Of a stretch of 64,000 nucleotides of DNA, positions 41,291-54,000 are shown piece by piece. This DNA is from Eledone cirrhosa. Its lineage: Eukaryota. The translations under genes were made by a program, and so were the position numbers. The notes below the pieces were generated by a model. It had not been told where the DNA came from, made no database searches, and saw only the letters and a program-made list of their open reading frames with translations. Each line of letters begins with the position of its first letter. The first letter of the stretch is position 1. The stretch is from contig OZ024741.1 in NCBI GenBank assembly GCA_964016885.1, forward strand, positions 298,220,001-298,284,000, given 5' to 3'.

Positions 41291-44200
41291 CCAATATTTA
41301 GCTATACAACCATAATTGTTAATGGCCCTAACATAACTGCAAACAATGTGACTCCAAACCAATGCCAACCATCAACTCAAGTAAATATTGTCCATACACT
41401 TATTCTTGGGTTTTGAATAATTGTTCCCCCTTGCTTATTAATTTTTCAGATTTTTCCATCTCCCTACTCTTATTCCCCTCCCCACCGTTCACTTATTAAA
41501 TTTTGTGAAATTTTATTTTAAGTGATAATTATTCCTGTGATAATTAATTTTTTTTAGACATTAAAAAACATTATACATGACAAAATAAGAACATTACATG
41601 AAATCCTGTACATTATAAAATAAATAGGATGTGTTGGGGTCACAATATGTAAACTAAATGACTAATTCTGTTTTTTTTTTAAATCAGGAGAGACAACCTA
41701 GAAAAATTATCGATTTTCCAAACCCCTCATTATTTGGGACCTGTGAGTAAACTACCAAATACATACCCCCCCCCTAGATACCAATTAAAAAAAAACTAAT
41801 TACGTTTATCAGAACTACACCTAAAATATTCCCATGAATGTAAAGGGATGTAGCTTAATGTTTAATGAGTTTGATTTATGAAATGCTTGGCATGTTGTGT
41901 CCTTGAACATGATGCTTCTGTAATTAATTGTCATGATGAATCTCCTTGAAAACTATATTAAGGGTGCATGCATCTGTGGAATGCTCAGTCACTTACACAT
42001 TAACTTCATGAACAGCCAATGCTGTTGATTGTCGTCAGAAACGATGGCGGTCAAACACTCATCTGCATAACAATAACAGAACCAATTCTAATTATTGCTA
42101 TTGGAGTGACAGACATTATCAGGCTGCATCCATCATATGTGATTCTGAGAGCAATTCCTGCTGGAGTCAAGTTTCTCTTTTCATCTCTTGAAGGGTTTGT
42201 TGTTGTTGTTTAGCCCAATGTGTTAACAATGATCAAGTAAACCTGTGATCAAAGACATTCCAGCTGTGACAAGACCATATTTCTTTCAGTGAGTAGGAGA
42301 TTATTTAAGGGATCTTTTCATTTTTTAAGATGACAAAATGTGATTTAAGGGAAATTTGGTTGCTATTTTTAGCAAGCCGAATGTCTATGCCAAAGCTGCC
42401 CTTATGATTGAATCAATAAATCCTCGTAATATAGGGAAATAAGGAATTAAATCAGTTGACCATGGCAACAAACCAAAATCCAAAATATTCCAGTCTTGAC
42501 TATCCCATATTTTTATATGTATATTACAGACTACATTGTTCAATATAATCTTCTTTATTTAAAATGAAAGGATGTGGTTTGAGTGATATTTGGCTGCTAT
42601 TTCTAACATGTCAAGCAATCCCATTGAGGCTTCCTCGTAGTGCAGTATGGCATGGTGTGGTGTAATATACTAATATTGTGTTGCATAGTGTTCTTTATAT
42701 TTTGTGTTTAAATCGCACCAATGTTGACTTGCTTTTCATCATTTTTGGGAGTTGATGAAAGAAGTACCACACTTGTGTCAAATAAATCAACTCTGCCTCA
42801 TCCTTCACCTGCACTCTATTGTCATATATCAATGCCAGAAACCAATATTGATTTCTCATAAAGGTGTAATGATAGAAACAATAGAACAGGGCTTCAGTCA
42901 GATGAATTTCACTCCTGTTTTTCTGGGAGTTTGATAAAACAATTACTGAGTTACTTTACTTGAGCTTTAGGTTTTACTTTAACCCATTAGCATTTACATT
43001 ACTCTATATTTACTATTATATTTTCATGGTAAAGTGGCTGAGAATTCCAGACACGTGTACTCTTAACATCAAGGGGATTAAGAATGACACATTGTGTGAC
43101 AAGGCTGCCTCTTTGAATTACAGGTACAGTCAACCTGACAAGCTTCTAAACAATTTACATCTATTCAATTTCACTCACAAGGCATGTGTCAATCTGAGGC
43201 TATGGCAAATGACTAAGACACAAGATGCTACACTATGGGATTGGACTTAACCATTTGGCTAAGTTGTGTCCATATCATAACTAAATACTGTAAAGTCCAG
43301 TAATGCCATATCAGATCGCAAATTCTTGAGTCAATAAAGGAATACCTATATCAGTAGTTAATACAGTTTATATAACTAAAAAGTTTTTCCATACGCAGAC
43401 GCGTATGTGTATATGTGTGTGCATGTGTGTCTATGCATACATTCACATGTATGAGTTTATAAATATAAACGTGCAAACAGACACGCTTCCCCTTCCTTCT
43501 TTTTACACACACAGGCAGCAGACATAAAGAGAGAGGAGTAGTATGAGGTAGTCAAACTATTCCTCTATCTTTACGTGTTGTGACAAAATCGCAGAAATTT
43601 ATATATAGATGAATAAGACTATATAGTACAAAAACAAAAGACGAGAAGGGTGGGGAATAATAAGGAATAAAAAGGGGGAATAAGAAAGAAGGGTGGGGGA
43701 GAATACTTGCACACCCAATCACAAGCGGGACTGGAGCCTCCCTCTAATAATCTTTGAGGCAAGCCAACACACTTGCAGCACTGCCGTGGGTGATAGCGAG
43801 ACCAAGTCACTAGAATAACTAAGTACTCTTGCAAGCATTACCTAATTTGTAAGGCAAGCCGCCAACAATGACAAAAACATCGTTGTCAGTGTAATAGCTC
43901 CCTAAACGCATTGAACGCCACTGGTCATGTTCTATGCCTCACCACGACCTCTAAAAGAATTTGGTACGTAACTCAAGACTCGTTCTTGCATGTGGTCGCT
44001 CGACCTGTTAGAAATAACAGCCATATCTTCCAATCATACTCTACAGTCTCACAAAATGATACATTGTATAATCTGGTCCAGGATTCCTTGCACAGGAAAA
44101 CCTGGATGATCACGACAGGAATGCCCCAATCAAAGTGTATAAAAACAAAATATAACAACAAAAACTGCAACTAACGGCAATATATTTCTCTGTGTAGGGT

Positions 44201-44704
44201 AGTTGTTTTAATCGGCAGGATAAAACATGTGCGTAACCGCTATATGTAAACAACAACAACAACAACAACAACAATGATAGTATTATTAATAATTTCTTAC
44301 GTCGGCATCTCTGATTTGTAAGAGAGAAAGGGTGAAAGAGAGCAAGAAAGACAGGGAGTTTGAAAGAGCGAGTGCGAGAGAGAGAGAGAGAAAGAAAGAA
44401 AGAAAGAAAGAAAGAACGGGATAGAGATAAAGATTTAGCAGGAAATAGTAATAGAGTGATGACGTTCTCTATGTTGTATTTTTAGGGTGTTAAATCTATT
44501 ATAAGCCATTGATCCATACCAACTGAATTGAACATGATAATAGTAACTGAGGTTTATAAAACGTAGGGAAATGGGATGTTGTAACGTTCGTGCCTTGACC
44601 AAAGGTAGAGAATTTCCAATACTTTTCCAGCAAGTGGGTGAAGTAAATACAAATTCGAATTAGCTCCACCCACTAGTAACAAGTAACTGAAATTGCTACT
44701 TCTG

Positions 44705-44755
44705 ATTGGACAATTAGGTAGCCATAGCAACAAACCAAACATGTCCCTAACAACG
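44705..44755. promoter_or_regulatory. RFX X-box (GTAGCCATAGCAAC, 44718-44731) next to inverted CCAAT box (ATTGG, 44705-44709) and a second X-box-like half site (GTCCCTAACAAC)
   Basis: Exact fit to X-box consensus GTHNYY-AT-RRNAAC; lies between the divergent LRRC9 and TBCA-like genes. Confidence 0.55.
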
Positions 44756-45381
44756 AAAAAGCAAGGAAGACATATATAAATATATATATATAAATAAAGA
44801 GTAAGAGAGAGAAAGAGGAAGTGAGAGTGAGTGAAAGACAGAGAGAGAAAGAAAGAGAAAGAAAGAGAGAAAAGAGAAAGAAAGAGAGAGAAAGAGAAAA
44901 AGAAAGAGAGAAGAGAGAGAGAGAGAGAGAGAGTATGAGAAAGATAGAGAGAGCCACTGAAATTAAATGGACGGATATTCTATCTAGGAAAGAAAAGTCG
45001 CTGCATCACCAAAGTAGTTTAATTTTTCAAAAAAAATATTAAAAACTTGGCTGTTTGTAGGCTTTTCTTTCGACTATAAAATATTTAAAATTATTTTATT
45101 TCAAACATATTTATTAAGGTTAAAAGAGATCCAAAGTATAACCGAAACTCGAACAAAACAAAAAAGAAAAACAAGATAAAATCTCAAAACATTATTCGAA
45201 ACCAAACACTTGAAACTTATACAACGAAAAAAATTAAAGTGAAACATTCTAAAAGATTAATAAATACGGATAAGAATACAACAGGAAAAGTAAAATAAAT
45301 TATTATACAAATAGAAAAAATAAAAGAATATACAGAATCCAGAGAGAAAAAAGGAAAAAAAAAAAAAAAAAAAATACAATA

Positions 45382-45717
45382 ATGGACAACCGTATAGTGA
45401 AGCAACTGGAGATTAAAGCCGGTGTTGTACAGCAGTTTATCCACGAAAAATCCTCTTACGAAATTGAGTTGGAGCAGGATATTCAGAGGCTTGACAAGAT
45501 GAAGGAAGCGAACGAAGATGAACGTGATATTGCCGAACAAGAAGACATGATGCGTGAGTCAAGAAATATGATATTGCAAACTATGCAAAGGCTGGAGGTA
45601 GCTTACGAAGATTTGAAAACCTTCCAAGATAAAGTTCATCAACAGTTGAGCGAAGTTCCGTCCTTTTTGGCTGCTCAAGATATTCTTTTGTCCGCCCAAA
45701 AGATTTTGAATCATTAA
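45382..45717 (+). CDS. TBCA: Tubulin-specific chaperone A (cofactor A)-like, intronless, diverged; probable retrogene
   Basis: Intact 111-aa ORF with TBCA pattern: ..QL.IK.GVV....EK..YE.E.......KMK....D..DI..Q.....ESR.MI.....RLE.AY.DL. Confidence 0.85.
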   Translation: MDNRIVKQLEIKAGVVQQFIHEKSSYEIELEQDIQRLDKMKEANEDERDIAEQEDMMRESRNMILQTMQRLEVAYEDLKTFQDKVHQQLSEVPSFLAAQDILLSAQKILNH

Positions 45718-45937
45718 CTCTTTCGTTACTATATATTTTTTAATGAAAGGCTATGATTTTCAGATAATTTGGAGGGATTTAGCAACATAACTTCCCCATT
45801 ATTAAGCTGGTGTTTGGACCGTGACTTATCAAATGTTCTTACATACAATTATGATGAAAGGTTTTTATATAAATATAAATACTTAAAAATAAACACCTTT
45901 GTATCATAGAATTAGGGGCGGTTTGGTATCAAAAGGG
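45718..45937. mobile_element. piggyBac-like MITE with TTAA TSD; related fragments ~1010-1200 and ~18690-18970
   Basis: TTAA (45714-45717) CTCTTTCGTTAC ... GTATCAAAAGGG TTAA (45938-45941); internal similarity to the other AAAGGGTTAA-ending copies. Confidence 0.7.
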
Positions 45938-46639
45938 TTAATGAATATTAATCAATAATCAATACTGAATATGAGGATACGATTGTTAATGAAGTTGTTA
46001 TTAATTAGTTGATTTGATGAACTTATTTGGCAGGGTTTCAGAAGCACCATTCCTGTAAAAAGAAAAAAAAAAGATTTCCCCCCGGAAATTTCTTCGAATT
46101 AATGTTTTAAACATGGGATATTACTAATTCCACACACACAAAAAAAGAAGAAAATAAACAATTTCAATTTTTTTTATTTTACCCCTTAGTTTGCCTTCAG
46201 CCTTCTCTGATTTAGAGTTCGCAACGGGCTGTTTTTTTTTTCACACAGGATGTCCGATAAAGTCTATGGGGCAAAATGAAATAATATTGACGGGGATTCG
46301 AAGGATTAAAAATATTAAATTAGGAACTTTTTTTTTTTTTTTTTACTAGAATTTCTCATGGAAACCACACAGAAAAAACAACCAAGCAAAACATAATTCG
46401 GAAAAATGTTTCGGAAAAGAAAAGTAAGCAATGAAAACGTTAAGGATGGTTGCGTACTTCAAAATGGAGGGACATGGAAACAATACAAAAAAAAAAAAAT
46501 TAAATTTTGAAATAATTTTTTTCTTTGCAGAATCATAATCTGTGGCTTTAAACATAGAAATCCGAAGATTTCAGAAAAAAAAAAAATTATGGAGTGGAGT
46601 GGAATGGGAAAGTGCTTACTTGAAAACTGCCATTTATAT

Positions 46640-46985
46640 TTTTATAAGCTAAAATCTGCAGAGGACAAGATAAGCAAAAACCGGGGCTTATTCAGCCGCT
46701 TCCTCTTTGCTGCCGAGACTTCAGACACCCTCGGACTCCATACAGCTGACATCCTCTGTAAAATCGGGATGACAGCAGCCCGTCTGAGGAAGGAGCCCTG
46801 CGAGCTAGGGTGGCTGCTGCAGCGGATGTCGCGGGCCATTGTCCGCGGAAATGCCTTTGCCATTTTAACCGCGTGGCGCAGCCGAAACAACACTGACTTA
46901 GTTGTAGAGTCTGTCACCCTCTCCCTTTCCCTCCTTTTCCTCTCGTTTAAGCATTCAACGTCATGTGTTTTCTTCAAATGTAATT
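46640..46985 (+). mobile_element. 3' fragment of a restriction-like-endonuclease non-LTR retrotransposon (CRE-like); related fragments near 37970-38400 (+), 35690-36060 (-), 18240-18510 (-)
   Basis: FA.ETS..LG ... L.QR.S.AIVRGNA motif typical of RLE-bearing element C-termini. Confidence 0.6.
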
Positions 46986-48396
46986 TGTCAGTATAATATT
47001 TTTGAAATGTTTCTATCAGCGTTCACTGAAATCTTCATTATGTTATTGTTGTTTAGTCCCCACTTTTCCATTTTTTTCAGCTACGGTATACTCTGGATTA
47101 CGATTTGATATATCCCCTCTTAAGGGTGGGATCTGTGAGAGATTTTGCTACTATTTCTAGCAGGTGGAGTGACCATATGGGAACTCCCTTATTGGTTAAT
47201 TCCGCGGTTGAGTAATTTTTTCAACGATGTTAGCCAATGACTCTAGGTGTCAATCAGAGGCTACGTATTTCTAACAATATTTCATGTTCACAGCAATGAG
47301 AAAGTATGAAACAACTTGAAAGTTAAAAAGAATCAAGTACATATAGAAAAAGAGAGAAAGGAAGATCCAAACGAGTATCGCCCACCTCCAACTAACTTAC
47401 CCTCGGCCTCTTGGTCCCGGCCGAGGGGATGAATAATAGTTTTGTTGTGATTGATTAGAAACGATTTGTAATTTTTTAAATTGTTTTGTTAGGGCGAAAA
47501 GGGCAGTGCTTATGACCCTTTTCAGCACCGCTGATATTGGTGGGAGGGAGGGAGACAGAAAGGTACCCTCAAACCGGGGACCTGGCTCGATTTCAACAGA
47601 ATGGGGTCGCCGCTAAAGGCACTCAAGGGCGTTAAACCTGACTACAGATTAAATCTACTACTAAAATAGGCCACGATGTAAACTGAAATGGGAACACAAG
47701 TGCCGGAAAAAACTGCAAAGCATTTCGTCCAACAATCTAACAATCTGGCCAGGATACCAACCTGGATTGGTCCTTTGTGGACCCCTGAAGGATGGAAATC
47801 AAAGTTGACTTTTGACAGGATTTGACCTCAGAACGAAAAGAGCCGTAGTATATACCGCAATGCATTTTGTAGTCTTCCTCCTCCTTCTCCTCCGCTTCAT
47901 GCTCTCCCCTCCCCCCTCTTCCTCCCCTTCCTGCTCTCCTCCTCCTTTACCCTTCCTCCTCCTCCTCCCTCTTGTTTACTCTTCGTCCTTCTCCTACTCC
48001 CCCTCCTTTACTCTTCCTTCTTCTCATCCCCTCCTTTACCCTTCCTTATCCCTCGCCCTCGCCCTCGCCCTCCTTCTCCTCCTCATCCTCCACTTCATCA
48101 TCATCATGACCATCAGCTTCCTCATCCTCCTCGCATCAGCCACCATCACGGTATATTTCCCGATGAGATTTTAATCCACGGGCCCTATGCAAGTTTGATC
48201 CGCCCCTTTCTACTACTAAAAATCTGCTCTGAACTGTCTTGCAGTTTTTTTTTAAAGAAATCGTATCACGCTCAAAGAGCAAGGACTAACCAAGTGTTTA
48301 TCTACTATCTATTCTAAATATATCTACTTTCGCGTTCAAAGGGCGACAACTTACCAAGTCTTATCTATCTATCATGTACTTTCGAGTCTCGAATAA

Positions 48397-49675
48397 TCGT
48401 GTAACATATTTTTTGTTCCCCGATTCTAAGTGTCATTATCAAAAAAAAACACTATTATTTAATCAGAAGTTTGTGTTTGTGGTCAGGAGTTTGATATTTC
48501 GAAATTTTCATATTTTTCAAGAAAAAACATTTAAAAAAAAATTATCAGTTCATATAATTAAATCAACAGAGCATATGTTTATTTTATTACACAAGCTTAT
48601 TAAAAGCAAACAAGTAAAAACAAATAACTTTTCTACTATTGGCACAAGGCCAGCAATTACCCAGTACATTACTGGTACTTTATTTTATCGACCCCGAAAG
48701 TAAACCTCGGCGGGATTTGAACTCAGAATGGCAAGTAAAAACAACACTTATAAAGCAACTTATACACGTCAGAAATGACTGGATTTCCTGGATTTGCGGT
48801 TGTAGTCCAGGTCGCATTCCCGCACTAGCCCCCAGACATAGTCCCCCATCATTTTTTCATTGTAGTGGCCCTGGTACCTCCGCTCTATCTATTTCACATC
48901 TTGGTGGAATCGTTCGCCTTGTTCTTCTGAGTAGGCGCCCATATTGTCCTTGAATTTTCCAGGTGAGCATCCAGCATATGGAGTTTAAGCGACATCCTGC
49001 ATCCAATGGCGCCAAAAGCCTTTATCAGATCCTGCACCAGTTGCTGGTAGTTTTCAGCTCTGTAGTTGCTCAGGAAGCCCTTAACAACTGCCTTGAAACA
49101 GTTCCATGCTGTTCTCTCAATCCTATTGAGCTTATTGGAGAACTCGATAGACTCAAACACTTTCTTTATCTGAGGTCCAACAAAAATTCCACCTTTGATT
49201 TTGGCCTCAGATAACTTGGGGAAAAACTCAAGAAGGTACTTAAAAGCGGCTGATTCTTGGTTGAGAACCTTCACAAACTGCTTCATCAACCCCAACTTAA
49301 TGTGCAGTGGCGGCATGAGCGCAATCCTGGGATCAACCAGTGGCTCCCACATGACGTTCCGGGTCCCAACTACAAATTCTGTTCGCTGCTCCCAGTTCTT
49401 TCTTTTGTAGTGGTCAGAGGTGGCTCCGCTGTCCCAAAGGCAGAGGAAGCATTGGAATTTGATAAAGCCTCCTTGGAGTCCAAGCAGGAAAGCCACCATC
49501 TTGAAGTCTCCAATGATTTCCCAATTGTACTGGTTGTATTTCAGAGCTTCCAAGAGGACTTTCACACTGTAGTAATCTTCCAACTGTTTAATAGCACTTT
49601 TTTATTTATTTATTTGGGACCTAAGCAACACAAAAAAGTGATTACAGAGAAAAATTTTTTTTTTGTTACACGGTG
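48397..49675 (-). mobile_element. Second, distinct Chapaev3-like transposon (internally deleted; contains a SINE fragment)
   Basis: 229-aa ORF with GDFK, CFLCLWDS, PPLHIKLGLMK.FVK, GCRMSLKLHML.AH; end CACCGTGTAACA at 49675 followed by TAA; partial inverted end at 48397. Confidence 0.78.
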
Positions 49676-51053
49676 TAATCGTCTCCTTCCCAGCCTATTA
49701 ATTTTTCAGACCCCCCTCACTCTTATCTCCCCTACCGCTTATTAAATTTTGCTAATCTGTCTCCGGCGAAATTTTATTTTAAGTGGTAACATTCCTGCGA
49801 CAATTAATTTTCTTTAGACATTAAAAACATTATACATGACAAAAAAGTATATTACTAGAAATCCCATATATTATAAAATAAATAGAATGAGTTGGGGTCT
49901 CAATATGTAAATTAAAAGACTAATTCTGGTTTAAAAAAACCTAACAGAGACAATCTAGGAAAATTACTGATTTTGCAACCCTCCCGCTTATTCCATACCC
50001 GGCTCATTCCAACTCCCCTACTTATTCCACCCTCCTATTATTTGGCGCCCGAGAGTACACTCACGCACCCATTAATATGTGCTCATATCCTTCCACTACA
50101 TAAATATGCCGATTAACATACAGACAAGTATAACAACAACAAAACTAGGCATGTTTATTAAAATATAAGGCTACGAATTAGCAGGGTCGTTAGAACGTCG
50201 GATAGAATATTTTGCGGTATACATTACAGCTCTTTGCGCCCTGAGTTGAAATTTCGCCGAGCTAAACCTTGCTTTTCATCCTTTTGAGATAGATAAAACA
50301 AGTACCAGTCCAGTACTGATTCTTTCTATCTTTCTTAGTACCCTTTTCCCTCTCATTCTTATACCCTTCTCTCTCTCCTGTCCTGTCCATCTGTCTCTCT
50401 CTCTCTCTCTCTCTCTCTGTGGGAGAAATTAGTTATGTTCAGACTCGGGAGAGGGATGCTGCTCCACCGGGTTTTAAATGCCTAAGACAGTGCTTCTATG
50501 ACTCAAGCATGAGTTACAGGTTCATACATTAAAATATATTCTTGTTAGACTCATTATTTTAATAAATATGCCCACTCTATTATATATCGTTAGTACTTTG
50601 CCTTAAATTGTGGTTTTCCTAGTTTTTAAAAAGAGAATATCCAACAATATATGCGGCCAATTGTCACGTTCACCTCGAATCTGTCCGCTGGAAACAAAGC
50701 AACAAATAAATATAATTTATATATTTATTGTAGACAATAATGACGGCATTAAAAAAAAATTAAATAATAAACAAGAAGAGAGGAAAAAGTGAAAAAGAAA
50801 ACTCAGGAGAAGAAAAAAAATACAAAAAAAAAACTAAGAAACAAATCTCAGCTCAGCTATGTCCTACGGATAAGTGGGCGAAAGCATCACCATGAAAAGT
50901 AGCCAGTGATATAGGCTGCATCAGCCATACTATCACACGGTATTTATTCCTCAAGCGAGATGCACTGCGCGTGATTTTGCGAAGAAAAACGGCAGCTCAG
51001 GAACCGTGGACACAGAAAATCTCAATGGGGTCGGTCAAATAGATAAATAGATA

Positions 51054-54000
51054 TATTTCTTTATTAGCCACAAGGGCGCACAAGAAAAGGGGACAATACA
51101 AAGACATGCCGGGGATTTTACATACAGTCGTGTAGAAAATATAAAAACAAACAATTACAACAATCGAAATCCCCAATAGGGGGGAGGCGTCACAAATGGG
51201 TTGTTTAATACCCCGTCGATAGAACAACCCTCAACTCCAGGAGCGTGTTGTGCAAGTGCTCCTTTCTTTCTTTTGCTCTCCTCTTCAACCTACAGGCTTA
51301 TAAACTGAGGAGGCCCAATCACTCGGGCCATTTTCGCTTCATTCACCCACCTTTCAGTAAATTTACTAGGGTGCAGTGCCTCTCTCTCCACTCTGATTCT
51401 CCTTCTAAAGTGATACTTAAAGAAGGGAATCAATTGTTATCCGGAGAGAAAGGCATCTGTCCTCAGTCCTCTCAACCTCGTCCACCATATAACTTCTTTC
51501 ACCATAGCCACCGTACAGAGGAAAACCGCCTCTCTTTCGTTTTTGAAAGAGGCTGGCGGTTTGATCCTTACTATTGTAGCAAGAGTTGCCTCCCTTGTCA
51601 TGACAATCTCATAACCGCTCTCTAGACAGGAAGTAGCTGGAGTTGCTTCCCTTTGGGGTGATAGAACCCTGTTGGTCACTTCCGGTCAGACCCTATAAAA
51701 GGAACAGGTTAGGACGATCTCGCTCTTCGCGCCTATCCAGACTCTCAACGTTGGAGCGAGTACCTTCCTATTGTGTTGTTAGGAATTCGGTCATCAATAA
51801 AGGAGGACCTTGGGTTCTCCCCGGCCGAATTACTTTACGGTGCTCCTCTAGCGTTGCCTGGGCAAATGCTTGCCCCTGTTGATCTTGCTTTCCAAGATCC
51901 GCTTTCCTCCGTATCCCATCTGCGTTCTTATTTTCAGGACCTGCCGCCGATGGATACAAGGAAACAAACTGTAAAACCTGCGGTCCCGAGGGATATTGCC
52001 TCGTGGACCCATGTGTTCGTAAGGAACGATGCTGTGAGACCACCCCTCACACAACCATACTCTGGACCCTACCGTGTGTTAGCACGTACTGACAAACATT
52101 TCACTGTAGACGTTAAGGTGTCCAGAGAGACAATTTCGGTGGATAGACTGAAAAGGGCACACAATGACGCTCATACATCCGAGCCACAAATACCCCAATC
52201 TTTCTCTCTTGTGCATACACCTGCTCCTTCTGCCCCACCTTCACCTACATATAAGACTACGACCCGTTCCGGTCGGAGAGTCCACTGGCCCAAAAAGTTC
52301 TGCCAAACTATTTTTATGTGAACTGGCCACTGGAGCCTTATTTTTTTTTTTGCTGTTCTTGTTATTTATTTCTTTATTGTATGACTATGTACCTCTCATT
52401 ACCATTTCACTGGATGTATATATATGTTTTTCGTTTCTGCTTACAACGAACATTTTAAAAGAAATTTGATTTTTTTTTTTACACATTTCGACATGAACAC
52501 TTATTTTCGCTGAATCTCAACTATTGCTTATTCTTTCCACCAAGCTATATTCTTCTATTTGCCGGTTTAAAAATTTACCACGTAAATTTGCCGTTGAAAA
52601 CTGCGCATTTATTCAGAATGCTTATTTCTCTGGTCGCTGGCCTCTTGACCCTTCCAGGGCAACGCATTCACAGCATCAACAACAACAACACAGTTTCATC
52701 AACAACCAAAACCAGCAGAATAAGCCAGAGAATTTATTTCTGCAGCACTCTTCCTGTGAGAAATTTCCTGCGGAAGTTGGAAATTTCACGTTATACCACA
52801 GACCAGAAACCACCTGCATTCATTCTCCGGAACACATTCTTTCCTGCTGTCATGTGATTGCACACATGTGAACTGTATTGTGAACATTTGAACTTTGACC
52901 TCTTCTCTTACTTTGATTACATTGTATCATAATTTTCATGCCCCTTACATGCTCGCCATCTTACTCCATGCATGCTTCATTCGATTTTTATGTTTTAAAA
53001 ATCTGGCGGGGGACAATGTAGCAAGAGTTGCTTCCCTTGTCATGACAATCTCATCACCGCTCTCTAGACAGGAAGTATCTGGAGTTACTTCATTTTGGGG
53101 TGATAGAACCCTGCTGGTCACTTCCGGTCAGACCCTATAAAAGGAACAGGTTAGGACGATCTCGCTCTCTCGCCTCCTGGATCCCAAAGCGGTAACAACA
53201 CCTGCGACCTTATCATGAGATGATTCCTTTCTGATAATCCTTCGCCACCAAGAAGAAGGCAACCGGCAGCCTAAGAGCCTAAGAAGATGTTAACACCTCC
53301 TAGAGAAGATCTCTGTTCTTCTCTACACACTTCAGCCTAGGAGTTGTAATCCACGGGTAATGATTCATTTATATTAATCCCTTTGACTTCTATGAAGTAA
53401 AAACATTATCACAACACACACCGGCATTTATTGTCTTTTGTAATAATTTTATATGTACACCGATACTAATCTCCTAAACTATGGACTCGGCAGTCAACTG
53501 GATTTGTCCCATACGCGACAGCAGTTGTTCTGCATAGTTCCACAGATCGGTTACGCCCGGGCAGTGTACAATTGCGTGCAGGACTGTTTCAATGTCCTGC
53601 GCGCATCTTGGACACATCCTCTTGGAAGGATCCCTGTCGGGGCGTCCGTGTCTGTAGATCTTGTCACGAACCAGTAGAGCTCCTCGGTAGCACTGCTAGG
53701 CCAGGGACCTCTGGAAGTTGTCCATAGGTACCGGGCGGAAAGTCCTACCAAACAGACTAGTGAATTCATCGTCTTCGACGCCCAGAGTCTCTCCGAGCAC
53801 GTCGTCGCCCTTGTAACGTACAATCCCTCTATAGAATGTCGAAGTGGAGTCTCCACTGATTGCTGCGCCCGCTTGCCAGAGGACTGTGAGCGCCTGAGCG
53901 CATTCAATGTGCCAGGCGCCCATCGTTTTCGGTCTTTTCTTGACCCAGGACTGCAGCTCCGTCAGCGAGACGAGCTATGGGAAAGCCTGTCTCACAAACG

